From: Spirogloea muscicola
Taxonomy: Eukaryota
Direction of reading: 5' to 3'
NCBI GenBank assembly: GCA_009602725.1
Contig: WELB01000020.1
Coordinates: 146,944-210,943 of the forward strand
DNA length: 64,000 nucleotides
Position numbers and translations under genes: made by a program. Numbering within the stretch: the first letter of the stretch is position 1; each line of letters begins with the position of its first letter. Under the pieces are notes generated by a model. That model searched no databases. It had not been told where the DNA came from and saw nothing but the letters and a program-made list of their open reading frames with translations. Below, in pieces: positions 1 to 10,729 of this stretch.

Positions 1-330
1 GAACCCCGAACCCGGAACCCCGAACCCCGAACCCGGAACCCGGAACCCGGAACCCCGAACCCGGAACCCGGAACCCCGAACCCGGAACCCCGAACCCGGA
101 ACCCCGGAACCCCGAACCCGGAACCCGGAACCCCGAACCCGGAACCCGGAACCCGGAACCCCGAACCCGGAACCCGGAACCCCGGAACCCCGAACCCGGA
201 ACCCGGAACCCCGAACCCCGAACCCCGAACCCCGAACCCTGATTCCTGAACCCTGAACCTGAACTCTGAACCCTGAACCCTGACCCTAAACCCTACACCC
301 TAAACCCAAAAACCTAAACCCGACTCGAAA
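1..330 (+). repeat. Telomere-like C-strand array: about 34 irregularly mixed GAACCCC/GAACCCG heptamers (1-238), then CCCTGAA and degenerate CCCTAAA
   Basis: 7-nt period read directly. The minus strand gives TTCGGGG/TTCCGGG, then TTCAGGG, then TTTAGGG. A C-rich + strand at the left edge fits a left chromosome end. Confidence 0.85.
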
Positions 331-518
331 CTTTTGAACCCCGAGCCCTACACCCCAAACCCTGCGAGAGTGCTTTTTATTCAACCCAAATTGTTCGATT
401 TTGTCGTCACCCGTTCAACGAACCCGATGTGGGGGCTGCAGGTTATCGGACTGTCAAATTGGACCCTGGAACGCTTAGAACCTGTTGATATTGTTTTAGA
501 GCGACCTGTAGGCTCTCC

Positions 519-598
519 GACACTCTGGCCGAGTGGTCTAAGGCGCTGGATTTAGGCTCCAGTCCGCAAGGGCACGGGTTCAAATCCCGTGGGTGTCA
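519..598 (+). tRNA. tRNA-Leu, anticodon TAG
   Basis: Acceptor stem GACACTC/GGGTGTC with discriminator A; D-arm GCCGAGTGGTCTAAGGC; anticodon stem CTGGA/TCCAG with loop TT-TAG-GC (553-555); long variable arm; T-arm CACGG-GTTCAAATC-CCGTG. A TTTT run lies at 641-644. Confidence 0.93.
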
Positions 599-1802
599 AA
601 GACTGTTAAATCTTACCCGTCCGATTGACTGTCGAACGAGTTTTGACCGTCCGATAAACACGCCAGATGAAAGCCCTCCGATTGAGAGCATCGAGCGGCT
701 ATTAACGAGAGCCGACCACAGGTCAGGGGTTTGCTGACGACCCTAATCACCTCCTCATTGGTCATGTCAACCACAATTATTGCTGCGGCTAATCGGTCCT
801 CATTCGAAGTGGGCCGACACGACCCGCGATCTGCGCTGGGATTTCATAGCATGCCGAACTCCTCTGTACTTTCTCGTCTTCTACACTTGAACCATTCACT
901 TCGTACGGCGAGAAAATTTGGGCTGAGAATAGGGAGCGGCTGACGCCCGGTGCGCACAAGACCTGAAAGGTTTCAAGCTCTGGCTGCTCCTGACATCGCT
1001 CTTGTCGTTCGCGTCCATTTGTGAACGACAGGAGCTACATCCAGCAGCCTCCACCTTTTGTGGAAGAGGGGCTTGACTGGCTTCAAGGCCACGTTTCTGA
1101 CCAGCTGGCTGTGGTCAGTTACTCCGGGATTTAATGTGCTCCCCGGGCTGCCCAACCACAGCTTGAAAGAGTCTTTCTTCTATCGAACTCACGGTGCCGC
1201 TTTCTCTGGTGGGCACGTGTATTTGCAATGCTTAGCCTAAAGTGAGATGTGAGGCTCTCGTTCTTAAGCTTCACTTTGTCGATCACACCACAAGAGAGAA
1301 GGTGTGCAGTGTGCATGAAAGGAAAGGGTGGCCAATTTAAGCAACTACGCTGTCCACGCAAAAGCCAGTGCAAGATGGAAAGGGTGTGAAACAAGTACGT
1401 GAAACTGTTCGTGTCGGACATTTAGCGACACTCGATGTCTTGTGGCTGCAGTCTACGACTTATTGAGCAGGTATCCTTAACGATCTCCACTTCTTCCGGC
1501 TCCTGTGGACCTTGTTCACATTCACTCTTGCCTTCAGCAATGTACACGCATGATTGTCACTCACCTTAGGGCTATCCTAGAGCCGTGTTGTCACGTACTT
1601 CAAACCCGTCATTGTAGAATATCGGCCATACACGTCACCTAATCACACACCGACCTTCTGCTAAGTATTCTCATCACCCGCCTACTTCCCTCCGCGCACT
1701 CGTCGTATGGTGCTGGGGTAGGACTTACTATGCTGCAGCATACCGCCGGGCTGACGCCCACACGAATGCAGAAAGCCTGCGAGCATGCTCCAAGAGACCC
1801 TC

Positions 1803-1829
1803 ACCTCAATGGGCGAGCCCTTTCTTCTC
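1803..1829 (+). mobile_element. Extreme 3' tip of the RLE non-LTR element
   Basis: CCTCAATGGGCGAGCCCTTTCTTCT matches the termini of the copies near 7900, 23245, 34800 (minus) and 48955. Confidence 0.6.
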
Positions 1830-2650
1830 ACCCCCCCCCCCCTTTTGTCTTTCTGTTCGGCAATACGGTCACTGGAAGGAGAGAGCCCAAAAGCGAGCGG
1901 TATTTGGCAAGGCTCTCGGTTTCATAGCATCGTAGAAGCTTTGCAGTATGCACCACCGTGTGCATTCACAAGTGCAGATGCAACTCCGCCCAAGGCCCAG
2001 TCCACCCCAACCCCGACGGCAATTTTGTTGCTCGAGGTGGCAGCTCAAGTGACACTTGAAGCGTTAGCCTTTGCCTCCTCACATGCTAGGCAACGCGTGA
2101 GCACACACGCACGATGAGCACTTCGGTCTTGCGTCTGCCACGGCTGCAACAGCGTGATCAGGGCGTTGGGACGACAACGACGTGACGAAGCTCGTCATCG
2201 TCGTCATCGCGCATGTCACTCTGCACACGGCCCGTGGGACTGTTATGGTGGGCGATTGTGCGACGAGACTGGTCGGTTGCCGGTCCGAGCACTGCGTCGC
2301 TTAAGAAAAGGGGGGGTTTTGAAGTCACGATGGAACGACGCTCTCCGAGCAGTACGCCGGCTGCCATGACATCCAAATGGACGTGAGCACCGGGCACCAA
2401 GGCCTGCAGGGACGCGATGACCATGATCATGCGGCCACTCGACGCAGGACAGTGCTGGAACCAAGTAGCACGGTCTGCAATGACTTGTGCTCGCTACAGA
2501 AGTGTGCACGTGGCATAGGTGTAGACTTGATGCGACATTGTGAGCCTGGCATGTGCAGCACGTCTTTTTCGCTCTGCACGCGTTGGCCGTGCGACCATGC
2601 GATGGGTGCACAGCAAATAATAAAGGCATCAAGGGGGGACCTTCGCCTAA

Positions 2651-3165
2651 CGAACCGTAAACCCTAAACCCCGAACCCTATTCCTTATACCCCAAACCGC
2701 AAACCCAAACCGCTAACCTTGAACCCTCAGCCTGTATACCTAGGACGATTCCAAATTGTAGAGCAGAGCAGAGCAGAGCAGAAGCAGAAGCAGGGAGATC
2801 CATGTCTTCATCACTTCAAATTTTACCTGAAAGTGTTACAGTCCTTCCTTCACCTACTTAACGCGCAGTAGAGGCACCAAAGGGAGAGTTTGGTGTATTC
2901 TTAGTCAGTAACGAAATCAATCGTCCTTACCGGTGTAAGCCTAACCCTAAACTCGAAACTCTAGACCATGAAAACCTTATACCCCAAACTGCAAACCCCA
3001 AACCGCTAACCTTGACCCTGTACCTGTACACGTTTCACGCCCTGATATCCTTGGACATATTTCGTGTTACAATACCCCCACAACTCACCTCTAAACAACA
3101 CTGACACTACCTAAAACCCCAACCCCAATCCCAGCCCCCAAATCCAACCCAGCCACCAAAACGTA
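2651..3165 (+). repeat. Degenerate interstitial telomeric tracts, including a ~55-bp direct repeat and a (GAGCA)n microsatellite
   Basis: AAACCCTAAACCCCGAACCCTA near 2658. CCTTATACCCCAAAC(C/T)GCAAACCC(C)AAACCGCTAACCTTGA occurs near 2683 and 2975. CCCCAA-rich tract at 3110-3160; GAGCA repeats at 2761-2793. Confidence 0.7.
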
Positions 3166-3575
3166 ACCGCGAATCCCATACCCAAATTCTTAATGAACGT
3201 CTGTACATGGGCTCTCGTCGATGTGGAGATGTGGATGTGGACTTTTATCTGCTTCTTGTGCTTACCTATCCTGGAAAAAGTGATCGGCAATGGGTTTCTC
3301 CAATAGGGGGCGATGCCTGTAACATTGGCGGCGGCTGTGTTTTCTTGGTGTTGAAGGATGTCCAGATTGAGCAATGGGCTCATTAAGCTAATTAAAGTGA
3401 CGACTAAGGAGGCATAAGTGCTGTGGCGTGTTTCAGCTAAGTTTCGGCACTGATATCCAGGATATGTGCCAACATGAACCTGTACTGATACCTTGCTGAT
3501 GCGACCTGGTAAAGATTCCTCAAGGCCCTATCTGCGTAGTTCTCTTGCAGTACCCCTTGCATTGTAATTAGTCAA

Positions 3576-6500
3576 TCATACAGGAACAGCCTCCTTATGA
3601 GCTAGGTTACTTTGTGTCCGCAAAATTTGCTCAGCTATGTCTGGCCCTGCCGCACATATTCTGGCAGCGGCTTGCCTACCAGACAAGGTCGCACCCTCCA
3701 TGCTGTCAATGTAGTCCTGGAAATGCAAGCAACACCGGCTTTGGTACCATTGCTCATTTTCCATTCAAGCTGCTCTCTAATGAGCATGTGCCAACAGCAT
3801 CTCACCTGTAGCTACCTGTAATTTTTGTTGCCTCAAGCAAGAAAGCAAGCAAGCAAGGAAGCCTCTTCCACTACAAGCAATGCGAAAAGCTCACACCAAT
3901 CAAGCAAAAAAGGCCTCCGTTGAAGCAGACTATAATAGAAAAGGCAAACTACGTACCTGCTTCGTGTATGAGCCAGCAAGGAAGAAGTTGGTCACTGGGG
4001 TCTTCTGATCTGGCCGGAAAGGATCCATGCCAGGAGCTTCCCTGTACAACGACTGCGCAATCTTTACCACCGATGACCACGTCACCTCCAGGCCTCGGGC
4101 TGATGGGAAGAGGTCCTGAATCTGATCAGATGGCAACAGAACTGGAATTAATGAGATGGACTCACAGCAAATGCCTTCTGCACAAAAGTGATCCTTATCA
4201 GAAGGAATCCATCCCCGGGCATACGAGCGCGCTTATCAAGGCCTCTTGAACTCACTAAAGGAACGCGCAGATGCTGCAATATATGCCACCTTGCCTAGTC
4301 AAGTGCCAAAAGACCTCACCTGAGAGTGCACTTTAGCAATAATCTCCTCATTGGGCTTGGGCATGTAGGGTCCAGCTGGAGTCAGCACACATCTGCAAAG
4401 CATTCACATGTACCGAGTAGGTATGCAAGAGTGGGCACGGTGTGGCTAGCAAGTAGACCTCCAAGTCGCTCACAACTCTGCCGAACTCATCAAACCATCC
4501 GGAAGTGCCCAGCAATGCTCAAGAGTAATGCTTCGCATACACCACGAGCAGCTGCACAAGCCATGGGCCTCTGTCACCAACGAAAAGATGAGGGGAAAAT
4601 GAATCAACGTACTGCATGAGAGATCCTTCGCCTTCCTTGTAATAATCTCGAGGAGACGTAAGGGCCAAGTCAGCAAAGCAAGAAAAGTCTGCATCGGGGC
4701 TGTACAAAAGGTTGTCCAAGCCCACTGCATGTTGTAGTTGCCTGAGTGAGAGCATCACACTGCATCAGTGCTGTAAACCATGACCTCAATCACCTCCACC
4801 AATTGCAAGCCGAATATCTGGCAGTCAGAGCACAGAGGGTGGCAAGTATGTCAAGGTGCATATTACTTCATGCAGACTGCTTGTTCATAACTACATAGCC
4901 TTGCATCCACATTGCAAATATCTGAGCCGTACCTGGATCTCTCAATGTCTTCCATCTCAGTGACCCAGCCATTATATCGGAGTTGCACAGTGATTACTGG
5001 CACTCCCACCAACTCATATATCTTGTTGAAAAAGTCCCAATCCCTCCACTGCTGTGGTAGTAACCTCTTGATACCAGGAACATCGCAAGCAGCAACATAA
5101 GCGTCTGCTGTCACTACTTGACTATGTCCGGCCTGCATAACAACACATGCAGGTGAATCAGCTGAATACAACATAACAGGCCCTGCAGCAACCCTGTGGC
5201 TGTCATGGTGCATCCCAACCAGACATAGCTGCGCTTTCTGGTAATCACAAACCCAGTCATACGGATTAGAAAGACAAGCTTGCACTTGCCTTTGTAAAAC
5301 GAATACCAGTCACACTTGTCTCGCCACTCTCTGTCCTGTCATAAAGGATCTCCTGACAACCCATTCTGGTGTGAAACCTGGGGAGTGAAATTTATGCGAT
5401 ATGTCATCAACAGTTCGACTCAACAAGGCATAGGCCACCTCAAGTAAAAGCAAGAAACAGCTAGCAACACTCAACATCGACCTCGCATACAAAGCATAAT
5501 ACAGGGAACAAAGTGGCTCATAAGCTGACCTGCCTCCCCGGTCTGTGATGTACTTGGCTATGGGCCCACTGAGATAATTATCAGGAGACCCGCTCAGCAT
5601 TCTCAAGACCGAGGCCTCGGTCTTGGTTGCAAAGAAAGCAAAGATGGTGAGCATGCAGCGAGCACTGATGTTATCACAATCCAGAAAACCCAGGGCATAT
5701 GCTATCGGGTCCCACATCCGCTTAATGCTCTGCCGCGAACCACCATGCGACTGAAACCACTGGCTGAAGCTCACCTGAAATTGAGGAGAAACACATCATG
5801 TAAGTCAGGAGAGCATTGCAGCAGGAGATTGCCCATTGTCAATATCAACTAGCTGCAGAAATATGTCAAGCCTCAAGGCAGACTATGGATAGCCCTTTGT
5901 CATTAGTAAGCTGGCAGGTGAAACACTACAGCTCAATAGTGTCTGATACTTGATCGTGCTGGCAAGGTGGCAATGAGAAATAGGTTAAAGGCTCCTTACT
6001 GAATCCAACTTGCGAATATCTCTCATGGCACCCTCAGGGTCAACAAGGGCTCGAACAACAGGGCTCGTCCCCAGTGCTAGCGCATTGGCAGCCTTGTCCA
6101 GAGTCTGGTGAAAGTAAGCAAAGCAGCAAGTGTAAAAAGCTGAACAAATGAGGAGCTTGATAACATACCCAGGATAAGGACCAAATAGGCTCAGGTCTTC
6201 TTTGCCCTCTAACTTGGCTGCTCCAAGCTAGGCAACATTCAAGACGAGAATTGTGGCACGCATAGACTACCGATAGTTGGTCGGTGGTGAAAAAGGCCTT
6301 CAAGCCATGAAAGGGTGCACCCGTGAAGAACCTAAAGTCCAGCTCTGTTTCCAAGCAATGCATGTAACACAGGTGTAAGGCATGCACTGCTGCCATGTCC
6401 AGTAACAAACATTCCTTCACCAAACACGCAGTGACAAAAGATGACAGGGAGACATGTAGAATTGTGCAAATAAAACATACGTCCAGTGACCCCTTGACTG

Positions 6501-7520
6501 TTGATGAAGGTGTGCGTGTGCTCTTTCAGCAAGAGATTCTCAATAGCACCAGACTGTGACAAAGAAATAAGATGGCACAATCACACTGGACAACCTGGTC
6601 AGCATAGCGTGGCAGTGACATTGCTGAGACCCTAGTCCTCCCCTTCAGAGCAGAGCACAAGCACAAGCACAAGCTCAGAGACTGCTAGCACTCCAGAGCA
6701 TATGGCACTGCAAAAGAAGCGTGACCGGTCGACCACAATTGCGGAGGGGCGCAAGCTGCAGCTGCAGCTGCGGTGGGGCAACACCAGCACCTTGGCCATC
6801 AGGCGGAACAGGTTGTTGTAGCATCCAAAGAAGACGTGAAGACCCATCTCGACGTGATTGCCATTCCTGTCCTTGAAGCTCGCCACCTTTCCTCCGATAA
6901 AAGGGCGCGCCTCGTAGATGTCCACCTGGTATTGCACCTCGGCACCACAGAGTACTGAGAGAGGAAGGCTGTGCAATAGCTCCGCCTCCCCAAGGTGCGA
7001 CCAGCCGTCACGAGGAGGATAGGCTTTATCTCTCGGAAAAGGTGCTGCTGTGGGTGAACACGGTAGACCACGGGCGGGGTGCTCGACGGGCTGGCAAAAT
7101 GGCCTTGCTGTGGCCTACCTCGTGTCCCTGGTCAAGGAGCTCAACGGCCGTGGACATGCCGGCTAGTCCGGCGCCCACAATAGCAACCTTCAGCCTGGGG
7201 CCCGTGTAAAGCTCCGGTTCGTCGGGGAACAGGCCCTTGGGGGCTGAGCAGAGACCAGCACGGGCCGTGTCAGTGGGCATGCCCAAGAGCCACCCGCAAG
7301 CCTGCGCCGGATGCAGAGCAGCGGCTCCCACCTCACCTGCTCGGCCCATGTCAGCAACGTAGGTCATGACAGACGCGCGAACGCTCAGCAACCGCCCGGC
7401 AGGTGGAGCAGCTGCAGCACCGTGAGAGGGAAGCGGCGAGGCGTGCAGGCCGAGCCCGCGCGGCACGCGGCACGGTGGAGCCAGGCCGGGCGACCAGAGC
7501 GACGCGGCGGCGCCCGCCAT
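3576..7520 (-). CDS. ZDS: Zeta-carotene desaturase, plastid-targeted, multi-exon
   Basis: Exons encode [99 protein letters not shown] and [27 protein letters not shown]. Splice phases are consistent for the junctions I checked (exon 1 7520-7337, exon 2 7243-7119, exon 3 6925-6791). Confidence 0.96.
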
Positions 7521-7670
7521 GGCCGCGATGGCGGAGGATAGGCGACGCTGCCGCTGGCCGGAGGCGCGTGCTCGTGAGAGGGACAGAGGTGCTGCTTGCT
7601 GGCCAGGAAAGCGAAGGTGGGCGACGTGGTCGGATGCTGGGAGAGGGGGTTTCGGGTGGCTTCAAGTTCC

Positions 7671-7710
7671 GGGTTTAGGGTAAACCTACCCCTAGACGCC
7701 AAACCCTAAA
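7671..7710. promoter_or_regulatory. Telo-box-like motifs upstream of ZDS
   Basis: GGGTTTAGGG (7671-7680) and AAACCCTAAA (7701-7710), 150-190 bp upstream of the ZDS ATG. Confidence 0.4.
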
Positions 7711-7729
7711 CCTTGCCCCCTCTGCCCAG

Positions 7730-7945
7730 CTTCCAGGAGCCCAGCTTCCTCTGACCTGAGGCTGCTTAGCAGGGCTTACTGAGTGCTTGGTAGCTGCTTT
7801 GCTGTTTCCTATTCTGCTTGTTTTTCTTAGCGCTTCCCCTGGCCCCCTTCTCGTACTTTGTTCATCCTTTTTGGGCTGGCTTTTCCAGCCCCTATCCTCA
7901 ATGGGCGAGCCCTTTCTTCTTCTTTGGGAGAGCCATTTTCTTTTG
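7730..7945 (+). mobile_element. 5'-truncated RLE non-LTR retrotransposon copy (ORF end plus 3' UTR)
   Basis: Encodes ..SDLRLLSRAY*, followed by a 3' UTR with the GGGCTGGCTTTTCCAGCCC hairpin and GGGCGAGCCCTTTCTTCT end. Collinear with 48790-48977. Confidence 0.85.
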
Positions 7946-10462
7946 TGGGGGGGCATGTGCCAATCGAGCCGGCTTACCTTTCCGCATCACTGAACGCGCA
8001 CGAGTGCCAAGGACGGCTGCCGCCGTCCTTGGCCGCCAGCCGATTCTGCTTCTTGCTCTCTCCGTGGTACTTCAGTCCCCCTTCAGCCGACTTCAGCACC
8101 GTTGACTCACTAGAGTCGGAGGGGTATGAGAGGGCCCCCTTTCGGTTGTATATCTTTGCTTGCTTACCTTAGCCCCTCTTTGAGCCCCTTATATTGTTCT
8201 TCTTACACAAACAGTGCACTGGCTTGCTCTTCCCTTCCCTCTCATTCCATGCACACCGCGTGCCAACCTGCTTTTTCTACCTTTACCCCCCTTAGCATAG
8301 GGCTTCGCTCCATTGGAACAGCTGCTTCCCCTTTAGCACAGGGCTTCATTCTGGATAGCCCCATTTTCTGCTCTAGCTTTTGGCTGACAGTATTGGCTGA
8401 CATCGGCCTCCATGCATTCATGCAAACCGCGTGCTTTCTTCCCTCTGGCTGTCTCTCTCTTGCTCTCGCCGTCCAGTCGCCCCACTAGCACATGCCACAA
8501 ATCCGGCGCTGCAACTCGACTGTCCCAATTGTTTAGCCAGGGCGACCCTCGGCCTTCTTTGGCCTCATACAACAACCGCATCTATGCTACATCTCTTACA
8601 TAGCAGCCGCAGCCCTTTGAGACATGCACGCATGACATCAGTAAAGGCTTGACACCCGGAGATGCGGTTGCCTCTCAGAATCAGGGTCCCTTGACTGAGG
8701 TATTCCACGTTCTGGTGAGAGTCCACCCGGAGGTAGCGTTTGACTCCTCATGACGTCATGCTTTGGCAAAGGCGCCGTATTGATTCTGAGGCTGGCTCAG
8801 GTTGAAGGTGGCCGAGCAAATTACGATGTTCTTCTGGGACCATCCAGCGCCTACTCGTTCGGCAACTGGCGATGGACATCCATATGGGTCACAGGGGTCG
8901 GTGGGCCTCGCTGTCTGCACTGCCGGCCTCTCTACTCTGATCAGCGGCAAAGGTTTGGCAAGTAACAGCACTCCTTGAGGCTCCAGGCCTTCAGGTGTTG
9001 TGTAATCTTACTATTTTCATCTTTACAAGATGCTGCAAGTCGCAATCTCTTGCCTGCACCACCATGCTGGTCGTGCCTTCGCAGCAGCCTTTGGCTCGAG
9101 CAGAGGCTTTCCTATATCTCTACTCAGCTCATTGCAACTTTCTTCTCTGACGTGAGTATTTTAAGTGGCCTCTGAGCTCCCCAGTCTGCAGCACCCGCGT
9201 GTTGTAGGTGTGCTCTTTCTGGAATGGGATGCTATACGGTGGGAACGTCAATGCTGTAGGAAAGACGGCTTGACAGATTCTTGGAGAGGCTGCTTCCTCA
9301 AGATGTCGACAACCTTGATTTTGAAGTTGTTGATGATGGGAGTATCCTTCGCAAAAGATCGTTAGACGAAAAGAGAGTCAGTTGGAGACCGTTGATGACG
9401 GGTACCTGGGGAATATCTCACAGCCTGGAAGGCCCCATAGGATGTGAGCGAGTGGGGGTTTTGATGATTTCTCCCCCAACCCTCAGACCCCTGTGAGCTT
9501 GACCGCACATGTGATCGGCCCCATTCATGCAATGCCTTCCAACTTTTCTTGCTCCGCCGCGTGCTTGGGCTTGATAATTGCTCGTCCTATTACACCAATT
9601 GTGGCTGGCCTTTACAGCCGCCCCTGACTGTCAATAGCCGTTATCCCCCTCCATTGTCTGGTCTTATGCCCCGCACATACGTCTGTGATGTACGAGAAGG
9701 CCGCATGACAAACAGCAATGAATGACTCCGGATCATTCCATTTGCTAAGACCTTCCCATCCACCCTTGTCGGAATGGTAGAAACTTACATTGTTGTGACA
9801 CTCTTCCTCATCTTCGACGTCCCCATCAGTTCAGTATAATTGATTCCTTTGATATTTAAACGTTCTCTTCAGAGTCAAACCATCGTTGACATCCGGCTGC
9901 GACTTTCCCTCTTCCCTCAGGGCCCAAGTTCAGTCTTTCAATAGAGTGTATGGCAGTAAAGGGCGCTCGTACAGTCAGTGTAACGACAGCCTTCGAAAAA
10001 CTCAACATTGGGGGCCAAGCCGTTTGACAAGACGGTGTGGATCTGGTGCAGAAGACGGCGACGGAAGGCAACCTTGCGAAGGCTCCCATCGCTTGGAGAC
10101 ATTGTTGCACATGATGGTTGGCTAGCAAGAAAGCTCTTCTACAAAGTTGCAATGGCTGGGAAAGGCTAGGCTAGGAGAGAAAACAAGGTCAAAGGCCGGT
10201 TGGCTAGGAGTCGGCCCAAGGGGCCGAGTGTGCTTTGAGGAAAAGGTCTGCCAAGGAGCACGCAAGCGCAATGCAATAGCTAGGCCCTTGGTATTTGGCT
10301 TCAGGTACATCCAAGTATGTTGCGACGGCCGTAGCATTGCAAAGTTTACATGGAAGCACGCGCGAGTGCCTGGCCTTGTGGATGGGAACGTGAGAAAAGG
10401 GGTGCTAATGTTGGTGGCTGGAGATATTTTCATTCAACTGGTTATAGGCTGTCAAAGGGTTG

Positions 10463-10514
10463 ATTTTGCATCTCAAATTTCCTTCGTTTTGGAAGGAAAT
10501 TTGAGATGCAAAAT
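10463..10514. repeat. Perfect 23-bp inverted repeat with a 6-nt loop
   Basis: ATTTTGCATCTCAAATTTCCTTC-GTTTTG-GAAGGAAATTTGAGATGCAAAAT. Confidence 0.9.
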
Positions 10515-10729
10515 GCAACGCTTGTTTATCAAGTAGGAGATTTCGGCTTGGCATTGGGAGATGTGGGCTGCTTTGTAGTATTCCACATTGTAGACTTTCT
10601 GTTTAGATCACGTTTGCTTGTGCATTTCCATCCTGTACGGCCGTGGTGGAGGAAGATGTTGCTGTTGAGTACGTTGTCAACCCTGGATGTACGTTTGCCC
10701 GACGTGGGTATACCAAATGCCAAATGCCA

